Below are positions 24,705 through 33,265 of a stretch of DNA of 64,000 nucleotides, piece after piece. The stretch spans positions 780,400 through 844,399 of the forward strand of contig CBDBDK010000001.1 of assembly GCA_965203745.1 (NCBI GenBank). Direction: 5' to 3'. A program made the position numbers and the translations under genes. Positions within the stretch are counted from its first letter, which is position 1; every line of letters starts with the position of its first letter. The notes beneath the pieces are model-generated. The model was not told the DNA's origin. It made no database searches and saw only the letters and a program-made list of their open reading frames with translations. The stretch is from an uncultured Candidatus Binatia bacterium. GTDB taxonomy: Bacteria; Desulfobacterota; Binatia; Bin18.

Positions 24705-26708
24705 CTATCCTCCAGCCAAATACGTCCGCGCTCTGCCCAGCGCCATGAGTGGAAAGTAGTGCCGGTACAGATTGTAGTTGATCATAAATCCGCGCTGGAG
24801 TTCGGTGCCCTGCATGAAGCGTCTTTTCATCTCCTGGACGTGCAGGTTCGTGCGGGCGCCCGTACCATAGCCGGGAAAACCGGTGCCGGTGTAATGGGGC
24901 TCGTCCCAGGTGCCGTCCTGTTGCGTGCGGAGCAGGTAGTCGAGTCCGGTGTGAATCGCGTCGTCAAAACGATGGCCCTCAATGGACAGCAAAGCCAGTA
25001 AGGCCCAGGCCGTCTGCGAGGCCGTGCTTGGCCCCGTGCCGCGCAAGCGGTCGTCCATATAGGACGCGCAGGTCTCCCCCCATCCCCCGTCCGCGTTTTG
25101 ATGCTCGGCCAGCCACCGGCCCGCCTTGTGTACATAGGCCGCGCTCATGTCTTGGCCGATGGCTCTCAAGGCCGGCAGGACTGCCGCGGTCCCATAGATA
25201 TGATTGACCCCCCAGCGACCGAACCAACTGCCTTCCGGCTCCTGCTCGGCCAGGACGTAGTCGAGTGCGCGGCGCAGGGCCGGGTGGGAGGCGTCATACC
25301 CGAGCACACCAAAGGCTTCGAGCACATGCGCGGTGACATCAACGCTGGGCGGGTCGAGCGCCTCACCGAAATCGCAGAACGGAATCTTGGTCAGCAGGTC
25401 TTTATCGTTGTTCTTGTCAAACGCGCCCCAGCCGCCGTTGTCCGACTGCATGGCCAGGACCCAGGCCTTTGCGCGTTCAATCGGCGCGTCAAAACGAGTG
25501 TCGCCAGGATTTTGCGCACGGAGGTGGGCCAAGACAATCAGGGCTACCGCGGTGTCGTCCACGTCCGGATAGGCGGCGTTCTCATGCTCAAAAGCCCAGC
25601 CGCCGGGACGGACGGTAGGGACTTTGACCTGCCAGTCGCCGACCGTATCCACTTCCTTGCTGAGCACCCACCGGAGCGCCTGTTGCATGGGTTCCGACTG
25701 CTGTAACTGGAAACCGCAGTCGGTCAGAGCCAGCAGGGCCAGCAGGGTATCCCAGATGGGGGATTCGCTGGCCTGAATGTGCAGGCTGCCGTTGCGCTCA
25801 TAGGACCAGTGGTCATCGAGAGCGGACAGCCCCTTGGCCATAACCGGATGCGACAGATGATAGCCCTCGACATTGAGGGCCATCAGGCTATAAATCCACG
25901 GCGGCTGAATCCCACCCCAGGCTCCGTCCGCATCCTGGTGGCGGACAATCCATTCCACACTCTGCCGGATGGCGATCTCACGGCCGGGTAAAACTCCGAT
26001 ATTCTGATAGGTGTGCAGGAATTTGTCAGCCGCAAAAAAGAACGATTGCCACAACCCGCTCCGGGCCGGCAGATCGTAGTTCATGTGCTCACGACCCTCG
26101 GGAAACAGCTCGTCCAAGCGACAGTCCGGCGGCAGGGGACGGACCACGTGCCGGGCGGACAGAATAGTCAGAGGGAGAATCGTCGCCCGTGCCCATGAGG
26201 CGAAATTATAGATGTTAAACGGAAACCAGGTGGGGAAGAATATGACCTCAGGCGGCAGGTTGGGCGTTTTCTGCCACGGCCACTCGCCGATCAGCGCAAA
26301 CCAATAGCGGGTAAACACCCGTACCGCACTCAGCCCACCATGGGCAAAAATCCATTCCCTGGCTGTACGCAGCCGCTCATCATCCGGGGCAAAGCCGTTC
26401 GCGCGCAGGGCTGCATAACATTCAACCGTGGTGTTAATGTCTCCATCCGGAGCGTCATAGTAAATCTCCCACGAGCCGTCCTCGCGCTGGGCGTTGAGCA
26501 GGGTCTGCACGATCTGCTGTTTGTGGGGATGCTCATAGCCCAGGAAGTGCATGGCCAGAAGCCACTGCGCTTCCATACAGCAGTTGGATTCCAGCATCCC
26601 AGCCCAGTATCCGTCCTCGGCCTGATCCCGATACAGCCATGCCGTTGCGGTGTTAATGGCCTCATCGAGACGCGGCACGACATCGGGCTCAGCAGCGCCA
26701 GCAGGCAT
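24705..26708 (-). CDS. shc: Squalene-hopene cyclase
   Basis: 667 aa with repeated QW motifs (..DGSWE.., ..DGGWG..). VDDTAV-type catalytic aspartate motif (DVDDTAVAL). Confidence 0.93.
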   Translation of the reverse strand: MPAGAAEPDVVPRLDEAINTATAWLYRDQAEDGYWAGMLESNCCMEAQWLLAMHFLGYEHPHKQQIVQTLLNAQREDGSWEIYYDAPDGDINTTVECYAALRANGFAPDDERLRTAREWIFAHGGLSAVRVFTRYWFALIGEWPWQKTPNLPPEVIFFPTWFPFNIYNFASWARATILPLTILSARHVVRPLPPDCRLDELFPEGREHMNYDLPARSGLWQSFFFAADKFLHTYQNIGVLPGREIAIRQSVEWIVRHQDADGAWGGIQPPWIYSLMALNVEGYHLSHPVMAKGLSALDDHWSYERNGSLHIQASESPIWDTLLALLALTDCGFQLQQSEPMQQALRWVLSKEVDTVGDWQVKVPTVRPGGWAFEHENAAYPDVDDTAVALIVLAHLRAQNPGDTRFDAPIERAKAWVLAMQSDNGGWGAFDKNNDKDLLTKIPFCDFGEALDPPSVDVTAHVLEAFGVLGYDASHPALRRALDYVLAEQEPEGSWFGRWGVNHIYGTAAVLPALRAIGQDMSAAYVHKAGRWLAEHQNADGGWGETCASYMDDRLRGTGPSTASQTAWALLALLSIEGHRFDDAIHTGLDYLLRTQQDGTWDEPHYTGTGFPGYGTGARTNLHVQEMKRRFMQGTELQRGFMINYNLYRHYFPLMALGRARTYLAGG

Positions 26709-26903
26709 CGTGATTCCACCCTCCAGTTTTCCCGGTCAGCAAGAATGCGAATTATGACATAGCCGTCTGGAGGCTGCCAGCGCTCAAGACCACTGTCCGA
26801 AGACGCCAATTCCTCTGAGGAATGGGGCGACCGCAGAGTGTGACGATCTTGCTTCTGCAGAGCAATCCGACGTAACATGCCAAGCGCAGAAAAGGGGGGT
26901 ATT

Positions 26904-27731
26904 ATGACCCGAGCCGCACGAGAAGCATTCGAGCCGTATCGGTTTCAGACGCGCAATATCAACGAAGGCGAGAATAAGGCGCACACTAGAGAAGGCGCTC
27001 AGGCGCTTGGTTTTCGTGGCTCCATCGTTGGGGGGGCGATTGTGTATGGCCAGATGATCCGCCCGCTCATTGAGCGCTATGGCGAAGTCTGGCTGGGCTG
27101 CCACTGGTTTGATTTACGCTTTACGGCACCGGCTTTTGATGAGGATTGGGTCACGTCTCACATTACGCCAGATGCGGAGAGCGACCAGCCGCACGCTTTC
27201 TCTGTCCGAGCCAGCAATGAAGAGGGCCAGGAACTGATTGTTATGCGGACGCATATGCCTGACAGCCCTCCGCCGGTGGATGCGCTGGCGTCGCTGGAGC
27301 CTGTTGATTGGGAGGGAGAGAGGGAGTTGGGGACCTGGGAGCGCATGGCACTCAACACACCGTTTCGTCGCTTTCGCTGGAGGCTCACCATGTCTCAGCA
27401 TCTCTCGTACTGCGACAAAACAAACGAAGTGTTGGAGATATTCCGGCAGGGCGATACTCCGCCTGTCCACCCCGGCCTGGTGATGGCGTATGGCAGTTTT
27501 GCTGTCCAAAACCAGTTCAAGATGCCGTTTTGGATACACGCCGGCAGCACGCTGCTGACGCGTGGCCTGATCCGTGTCGGTGATGAGGTGGAACTGCGCT
27601 GTGTGCCCATTGAAAAATGGAAGCGCGGAGAAAACGAGTGGGTCAAATTCTATCAAGTGTATATCGTAAACGATCAACCCGTGGTTGAGGTCTGGAAGTC
27701 CTCAATCATAAAATTCGTCCCGCGTGGCTGA
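26904..27731 (+). CDS. Hotdog-fold (MaoC-dehydratase-like) protein, tentative
   Basis: About 275 aa. N-terminal ..NKAHTREGAQALGFRGSIVGGAIVYG.. resembles MaoC-like dehydratases. Weak call. Confidence 0.4.
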   Translation: MTRAAREAFEPYRFQTRNINEGENKAHTREGAQALGFRGSIVGGAIVYGQMIRPLIERYGEVWLGCHWFDLRFTAPAFDEDWVTSHITPDAESDQPHAFSVRASNEEGQELIVMRTHMPDSPPPVDALASLEPVDWEGERELGTWERMALNTPFRRFRWRLTMSQHLSYCDKTNEVLEIFRQGDTPPVHPGLVMAYGSFAVQNQFKMPFWIHAGSTLLTRGLIRVGDEVELRCVPIEKWKRGENEWVKFYQVYIVNDQPVVEVWKSSIIKFVPRG

Positions 27732-27760
27732 GTGACGCCCTATGCCGTGTAAAGCGAAGC

Positions 27761-28531
27761 TTACGATCCGCGCTTTTCATCGTCCCGCGCGGCATGGACA
27801 ATGTGCAGGCCGACCAGACGCGCGACCAGGATGGCAATATACAACTGGCCCATGACTGCCTCGAAGGCGGCCAGGTTCCGCGCCAGCGGAGTCACCGGCG
27901 TAATATCCCCGTACCCGAGCGTGGTGAGCGTGACCAGGCTGTAGTACATGAAGACGGACAGGCGACGGACCTCCATGGCCGCGAGGTCAATAGGATCGAC
28001 CGAAAGCTCGGGCAGATTGAACGACCCAGGTTGGAGTACCTCAAGCAGGGAAAACATGAATGCCCAGGCCAGGCCAACCAGCATATACACACACACCGCG
28101 CCATTGACGATATCTCCCGTCACGCGGACCGGACGCAGCACGTTGAGGAGAATCGCCACAGCCGTAAAAGCCAGAAAGAGGAAGCCGAAACAGTGGCTGA
28201 AGATAGACAGCCAGTCGCTATAGACCGCGTATGAGACCCACCGCCCGGCTATGGCCGGAACGGCAAAGACCGCCGCGACGAGCAGCACCCTTTTGCTGCG
28301 ATGCACCTCATAGGTGACGACCAACAGCGTTGTGGAGACCAGCAGGTCGAGCAGAATCAGACCCGGACGACTCGAAAAGAATGCCTGGACGAACGGATTG
28401 ATGATGTAGAGCGAGAGCAGCGTGACCAGCAGTACCGCATGTCGGGGCACTCGGGCCGCTAGTCTCCTTCGTGCAGCCCGCTCCGTACGGGGCTGGTTCT
28501 CTACTGTGAAAGACTGCTGCTTCTCTGGCAT
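27761..28531 (-). CDS. Potassium channel family protein
   Basis: Several TM segments and the selectivity filter TLTTLGYGDITP. Confidence 0.88.
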   Translation of the reverse strand: MPEKQQSFTVENQPRTERAARRRLAARVPRHAVLLVTLLSLYIINPFVQAFFSSRPGLILLDLLVSTTLLVVTYEVHRSKRVLLVAAVFAVPAIAGRWVSYAVYSDWLSIFSHCFGFLFLAFTAVAILLNVLRPVRVTGDIVNGAVCVYMLVGLAWAFMFSLLEVLQPGSFNLPELSVDPIDLAAMEVRRLSVFMYYSLVTLTTLGYGDITPVTPLARNLAAFEAVMGQLYIAILVARLVGLHIVHAARDDEKRGS

Positions 28532-28596
28532 CGAATCCGTCCGTGCTTTAGGCTATGACATTGCCGGTAAAAAAACAAAAGACGAGGAGCCGAACG

Positions 28597-28735
28597 TTGC
28601 AGTGTCCAAAATGTCCCAACAGCCCCCTGGTTGCAACGCAGATGCAGGCCACTCAAGTAGACCGTTGCAAGGCGTGGGGGAATCTGGCTGGACGGCGGAG
28701 AATTTGACACCCCGCTCAAAGGGGTGGCTCGATAA
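28597..28735 (+). pseudogene. Small zinc-ribbon (zf-TFIIB-like) gene with a frame disruption
   Basis: TTG start with a GAGGAG RBS. LQCPKCPNSPLVATQMQATQVDRCKA, then after a G5 run (28676-28680) the family-typical GIWLDGGEFDTPL continues in another frame. The span is 139 nt. Confidence 0.35.
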
Positions 28736-28746
28736 GGAGGGGGAAG

Positions 28747-29118
28747 ATGGTTTTCCTTGCCATGGCTCTGTCGGTTCTGATCGCCGGTTTCGGTGTCTGG
28801 GGTATTATTTCTCCGGCCTCGCTCCTGACCTTTCTGTCCCGCTGGCAAACCCGTGAGGGACTCTGGACTGGTGCGGCCATTCGCCTCATATTCGGGCTTG
28901 CTCTATGGTTTGCTGCCCCTCTCTCACGCTTCCCGACCACATTACAGGTCGTCGGCGTGATATCCGTCGTGGCGGGCATCGCCGTGCCGTTCATCGGGTT
29001 GGCCCGTTTCAAGAGTATGGTTGCCTGGTGGCTCAACAAACCGCCCTCCTTCACCCGCATCTGGGCGGTGGCGACGCTTGCCCTGGGCGTGTTTTTCGTC
29101 TGGGCCGTTATAGGCTGA
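28747..29118 (+). CDS. Small integral membrane protein, unknown function
   Basis: 123 aa, four hydrophobic segments, AAGGAGG RBS. Confidence 0.6.
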   Translation: MVFLAMALSVLIAGFGVWGIISPASLLTFLSRWQTREGLWTGAAIRLIFGLALWFAAPLSRFPTTLQVVGVISVVAGIAVPFIGLARFKSMVAWWLNKPPSFTRIWAVATLALGVFFVWAVIG

Positions 29119-29222
29119 GCCGAAGGGGCGGGACGCTCTTTTGAGGGACGAACACCGGGCAAGGCAGAGGGCGCGGCGTTCAGCGCTGCTGTCCAAAAGG
29201 TCCGAGGATCAAGGCCCCCGCC

Positions 29223-29672
29223 TCATCCTCCTTCATCTTGGACATACGCCTCCTGTAACAGCTCGCCCTCCGTGGCTTCATGTTGGCCAAGCTGGTCGAA
29301 CAGGCGCTCGACGTTCTCGCGAATGGGAAGGAATTGCTGACGACTTGACACCGCCATCCCTTTCAGCTCATTGATGGCCTGACCCAGTTGAGCCGATAGG
29401 GTCTTATGTTCTGCCTCCAGCCTGTTCACCGCTTGGTGATGTTGCGGTGCGACTTCCAGGACACTGCTCAGAAAGCCTCCTTCCTCTTCCAGGTCAAAAT
29501 GCTTGTGCAGGTCGTTGGAAAAATCCCGCAGTGCCCAGAGCAGTTCAAGTCGCCAGCTCGGAAAGTCTGCCTGAGGCACCTCCTTGGAGAGTAAGGCGGT
29601 AATTGTGCCAATGTCCGCCTTGAGGGCGGCGTGTTGTTGTCGAAGCTTTGTCCCGACGTCTTGGGATTCCAT
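29223..29672 (-). CDS. Hemerythrin-like domain protein
   Basis: 149 aa. Helical, with H/E-rich motifs (DLHKHFDLEEE, HEATEGELL). Confidence 0.6.
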   Translation of the reverse strand: MESQDVGTKLRQQHAALKADIGTITALLSKEVPQADFPSWRLELLWALRDFSNDLHKHFDLEEEGGFLSSVLEVAPQHHQAVNRLEAEHKTLSAQLGQAINELKGMAVSSRQQFLPIRENVERLFDQLGQHEATEGELLQEAYVQDEGG

Positions 29673-29847
29673 CAGAATCTCCTCCTCTTCGGTGTGGCTT
29701 TTTCCTTATCTCATAACCCCTCCTCGTACCAGACCACGCCGAGCGGCTTTTCCCGCTGTCCCAACGGTAAGAAACCCATCCTCCGACTGATAGAGACTCC
29801 CTTGCCAGGAGGTTTGCCTGTCCGATAGTATCCGGTGCCACGACCTT

Positions 29848-29931
29848 GCCGGGATGGCGGAATTGGCAGACGCAGTGGACTCAAAATCCACCGCTGGCGA
29901 CAGCGTGCGAGTTCGAGTCTCGCTCCCGGCA
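29848..29931 (+). tRNA. tRNA-Leu (anticodon CAA)
   Basis: GCCGGGATGGCGGAATTGGCAGACGCAGTGGACTCAAAATCCACCGCTGGCGACAGCGTGCGAGTTCGAGTCTCGCTCCCGGCA. Long variable arm. All four stems pair. Confidence 0.92.
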
Positions 29932-30295
29932 TATTTTCCCTGACCCTCCTTGTTCCCGCTCGTTCCCTGACAGGCCCGACAATACACCAGCAGGTCGCCC
30001 TCAAACCGCACGGGCACACAGTCATCCCGGCGTTTTTCGCACACGAGACACATGCCGCGCAGGCTCATCGTGCTCTTCCTTCCCGGCCGCCCCCCTGGGT
30101 TGATCTCTCTGGTTGGAGCAGGGGGGCGACCGCCGAGGCCACGCGCCGTGGTGGCAACGCAGCAACGCGCGGCCTCGCGGCCCCGACTCTGGCAAGAGAA
30201 CCGAGCCGGGGCCAAGGGAGTTTTCAGGGCGCAACGTTCTTCCTCATCCTCTATCAAGTAAGATTTGAGGCATCCTACGGCAGCTGGCTGCTCTT

Positions 30296-30838
30296 GTCCC
30301 TAATCATTTGATTAGGTTCAGAAAAAAATATGAGGAGGGGCCGCCTCCGTTCCTGCCTGGCGCCAGGATGCGGCGTTCAAGGCAAGAGTCAGCCTCACCT
30401 GTCCCCGCGGGCTCTCGAACGGAAGGGATGGGCGTTGCCGGAGCGGGGAAGACAGAAAGTCAAAGGGAGACACGACCTGGTCGTTACAGGCGTATGAAGG
30501 ACACATGGCATCTCATACACTTCTTGTAATAGGGATTATCTCTCTATACCGGTACTGTCCTGTTTTAGACTGTAAGCCCCTGTTTTTGTTAAGGGAAAAA
30601 CCTCAAATCAGGACAGCACCTCTATACCGATAGAAATACTGCCATGCCCCACGCCCCTGCTCCCTCTCGTACAAGCTTTGGGAATCCCAGAACGTAACGC
30701 GCCCCACAGGCCCGGAGCCCCGCTCTTCCCTCACCGAGCGCTTTTGGGTGGGCAAGGGGATGCCCCTTTCGCCTTGAGCACCGAGGACGGGAGCAAGGCC
30801 GACGCAGGGGCATCCAACCTAATCATTTGATTAGGGAC
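30296..30838. mobile_element. MITE with the termini of the IS4-type element (non-autonomous)
   Basis: The terminal inverted repeats are GTCCCTAATCATTTGATTAGG and CCTAATCATTTGATTAGGGAC. The right-end interior (GAGCACCGAGGACGGGAGCAAGGCCGACGCAGGGG) recurs at 46601-46664. No credible ORF. Confidence 0.75.
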
Positions 30839-31017
30839 AACCGGCTGGCAGTTGTGTAGGAAAGGATACGAGACGATTGGATCCATAATCATTTGATGAG
30901 GAAAAGGGTTGATCGATCAGTGTACGAAAGGCGTTACACAGAACGACAGCAAGGATGGAGCACGAAATCTCGTGCGCCAGTATCGTCCGTTAGGGGAGAT
31001 CGTCAGGAAGGGCCAGT

Positions 31018-32154
31018 ATGAGTGACCAAGACGCGTTTGAACGGATTCTGGCGTCGTTGTACGACGCCATGCTCGACGACGCCGAGTGGCCGGTCACCTC
31101 GGCCCTGATCGATGAGGCCTGCGGCACGGTGGGCAACACGCTGTTGGTCGGCGAAGACCCGCCGGACGATATCGGGGTCCACTTCGTCGGGCTCTACAAG
31201 CGGGGGCAGCGCGACGAAGCCCTGGAACGCGAGTGGCTCGAAGTGTACTACCCCATCGACGAATGTGTGCCGCGGTTCCAGCAACTGCCCGACAGCCACG
31301 TGGTCCCCGTCGCCAGCCTGTACACCGCTGAGGAGTTGAAGACCTCGCGCGCCTATAACGAGTGGTTGCGTCGGGTCGGCGCTCAGCAGGGCGTGACGGC
31401 GCGTCTGGACGGGCCGCCGGGCTACACCATCGCCTGGGCCAGCGGCGACCCCGTCGGCGCGGGGGGCTGGGCGGCTCCGCAGCTCACGCTGCTCAAGGGG
31501 CTCCTGCCCCATATACGCCAATTTGTCCGCGTCCGGCAGGCGTTGGTCAGCGCCGGGGCGCTGGGCGTGTCGGTGACCGACCTGCTCGACAACACTCGGC
31601 TCGGGGTCATCCACCTGGACCGGCGGGGGCGAGTCGTGGAGGCCAATGACCGGGCTCGGTATATTCTGCGCCACGGTGATGGGCTGTCGGATTGGAATGG
31701 GCAGCTGCGCGCGTATAACCCGGCCGCCCGGGCGCAGTTTGCGCGGCTCTTGGCCGGGGCGCTGCCCTCCTCCGGGACGGTCGCGGTCAGTGGGTCCATG
31801 ACGCTCCCCCGGGCGTTCGGGTTGCTCCCGTTCGTAGTGCACGTCAAACCCGTCCCGATTTTTTGGATGGACTTCGGCGCCCAGCGCGTGGCCGCGCTGG
31901 TGCTGATTGTCGAGCCGGGGAATCGCTCACGGATCGATCCGGGCCTGGTGGCCGAGACCCTGGGGCTCTCCCCGGCGGAAGGCCAAATCGCGGTCTGGGT
32001 GGCGGAAGGCCGGACCGTGCGCGAGATTGCCACGGCGACGGGGCGCACGGAGACCGCCATCCGTTACCACTTGCATCAGATCTTCCAGAAGCGGGGAATC
32101 GCCCGGCAAGCCGACCTGATCCGGCTGGTGCTGTCGCTCGCCGAGTGGGGGTGA
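31018..32154 (+). CDS. LuxR-family transcriptional regulator
   Basis: 378 aa. C-terminal HTH LSPAEGQIAVWVAEGRTVREIATATGRTETAIRYHLHQIFQKRGI. Confidence 0.88.
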   Translation: MSDQDAFERILASLYDAMLDDAEWPVTSALIDEACGTVGNTLLVGEDPPDDIGVHFVGLYKRGQRDEALEREWLEVYYPIDECVPRFQQLPDSHVVPVASLYTAEELKTSRAYNEWLRRVGAQQGVTARLDGPPGYTIAWASGDPVGAGGWAAPQLTLLKGLLPHIRQFVRVRQALVSAGALGVSVTDLLDNTRLGVIHLDRRGRVVEANDRARYILRHGDGLSDWNGQLRAYNPAARAQFARLLAGALPSSGTVAVSGSMTLPRAFGLLPFVVHVKPVPIFWMDFGAQRVAALVLIVEPGNRSRIDPGLVAETLGLSPAEGQIAVWVAEGRTVREIATATGRTETAIRYHLHQIFQKRGIARQADLIRLVLSLAEWG

Positions 32155-32323
32155 CCTCGACGGCACCCGGCCCCCTGGGTGCGTCGCTACGCTGGCTGCC
32201 CACTTCCTCCCTCCTGTCCCATAGGGGGGACTCCCCGCCTGGGAGGGCGGTCATCCTGGCCGCCTGCGGGCTGGAATCCCGCACTCCTCAAGGAGGCGTG
32301 AGCGGCGCGCGATACCACCGCGT

Positions 32324-32351
32324 GTAGGGGCGACCGGCCGGTCGCCCCTAC
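32324..32351. repeat. Palindromic hairpin GTAGGGGCGACCGGCCGGTCGCCCCTAC overlapping the stop codon of the domain-X gene
   Basis: Perfect 28-bp palindrome. Identical copies lie at 38503, 42333 and 43439, with a variant at 43734. Confidence 0.9.
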
Positions 32352-32848
32352 TGCACCCCGGTCATGACAAAATTCTGACTATTCTGCTGCCACTCCAAGG
32401 TCACCCGCCGGCCGGGGTCAGGAAAGTCCTCCACGACACACATTCCCGCCGCGTCCGGCAGAAACTCTTCCTCGTCCCCCTCGCCCACCGTCGTCACCCG
32501 CACCACGGCCCGGCCTAACTCCTCGCCATCCACCCAGGCGCTGACCGTATGCTCCCCCGCCCCCAACCGGTTCCAGTTGAACAACAACCCAAACCCATTG
32601 TCCGTGTCCCCACAGTCGGGGTCCGTATCCAGCCGCTCCGTGCCGTAACTCGCCGCATACCGCTCCACCGTGCCGCGCTCGGTCTCGATCTCGATCTCTA
32701 CGCGGTCCGCCTCACACACCCACCCCGAGATGACCCCAATGCCACTCTGAAAGGAGTTGCCGCCCGGATTCTCCAAGTATCCCACCCCGGCAGTCCCGGC
32801 CCCGACCGAGGCCGGAGAACCCAGCCGGGGCAACTGTTTATTCGTCAT
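32348..32848 (-). CDS. Uncharacterised domain-X protein (no signal peptide in this frame)
   Basis: 166 aa. YLENPGGNSFQSGIGVISGWVCEA..CGDTDNGFGLLFNWNRLGAGEHTV..VTTVGE..EEFL..LEWQQNSQNFV. It is homologous to the C-terminus of the 38527-40110 product. Confidence 0.65.
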   Translation of the reverse strand: MTNKQLPRLGSPASVGAGTAGVGYLENPGGNSFQSGIGVISGWVCEADRVEIEIETERGTVERYAASYGTERLDTDPDCGDTDNGFGLLFNWNRLGAGEHTVSAWVDGEELGRAVVRVTTVGEGDEEEFLPDAAGMCVVEDFPDPGRRVTLEWQQNSQNFVMTGVQ

Positions 32849-33125
32849 CGCTGCTGTCGCCATACATCTCAACGGCCGCGCAACACTCCTCCGTCTCATC
32901 ATCCACACACGGCACGATAGAGTTGGGCGGCCGACACCCCTCCTCCTCTCTCTCCCGTTGCGCTCTTTCCGCTTCGAAGGCTTGCCGGGCGCGCTCCCGC
33001 GCCTCCTCGGACCAGGGCACGCCTTTGGTGTGCAGGACGCCTCTCTCATCGAAGACGCCCGTACGGACCATCCAGGTGCTGCTCAGCACGAAGAGCAGGA
33101 AGAGAAGAGCCATCCATCGCCACAT
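32838..33125 (-). CDS. Small signal-anchored, Cys/acidic-rich protein (possibly the detached N-terminus of the domain-X gene)
   Basis: 95 aa. MWRWMALLFLLFVLSSTWMV hydrophobic N-terminus. The stop overlaps the ATG of the next ORF (ATGACGAATAA). Confidence 0.45.
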   Translation of the reverse strand: MWRWMALLFLLFVLSSTWMVRTGVFDERGVLHTKGVPWSEEARERARQAFEAERAQREREEEGCRPPNSIVPCVDDETEECCAAVEMYGDSSDDE

Positions 33126-33265
33126 TTCTTACCTCCTCTTTGCCCTGGCAACTCGGCGGATCGCAGGTGTGCGTGGAGGGCGCGCGTACGCCCCTCTTGC
33201 CCGTCTGTGCGGCGGTGTGTGAGCGCCAGGTTGCAGCCTTGCATGGAAACGCCCGGCTCTCCTCA

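Noticed and set aside
29706-30257. 183-aa minus-strand ORF containing a CxxC..CxxC segment (MSLRGMCLVCEKRRDDCVPVRFEGDLLVYCRACQ)
   Set aside because: The frame has no stop before it runs antisense through the whole tRNA-Leu gene. At best it is a remnant of a small zinc-ribbon gene.
31003-32284. Several 146-279-aa ORFs antisense to, or out of frame with, the LuxR gene
   Set aside because: Arg/Pro/Gly-rich shadow ORFs of high-G+C DNA. The LuxR frame has a clear HTH signature.
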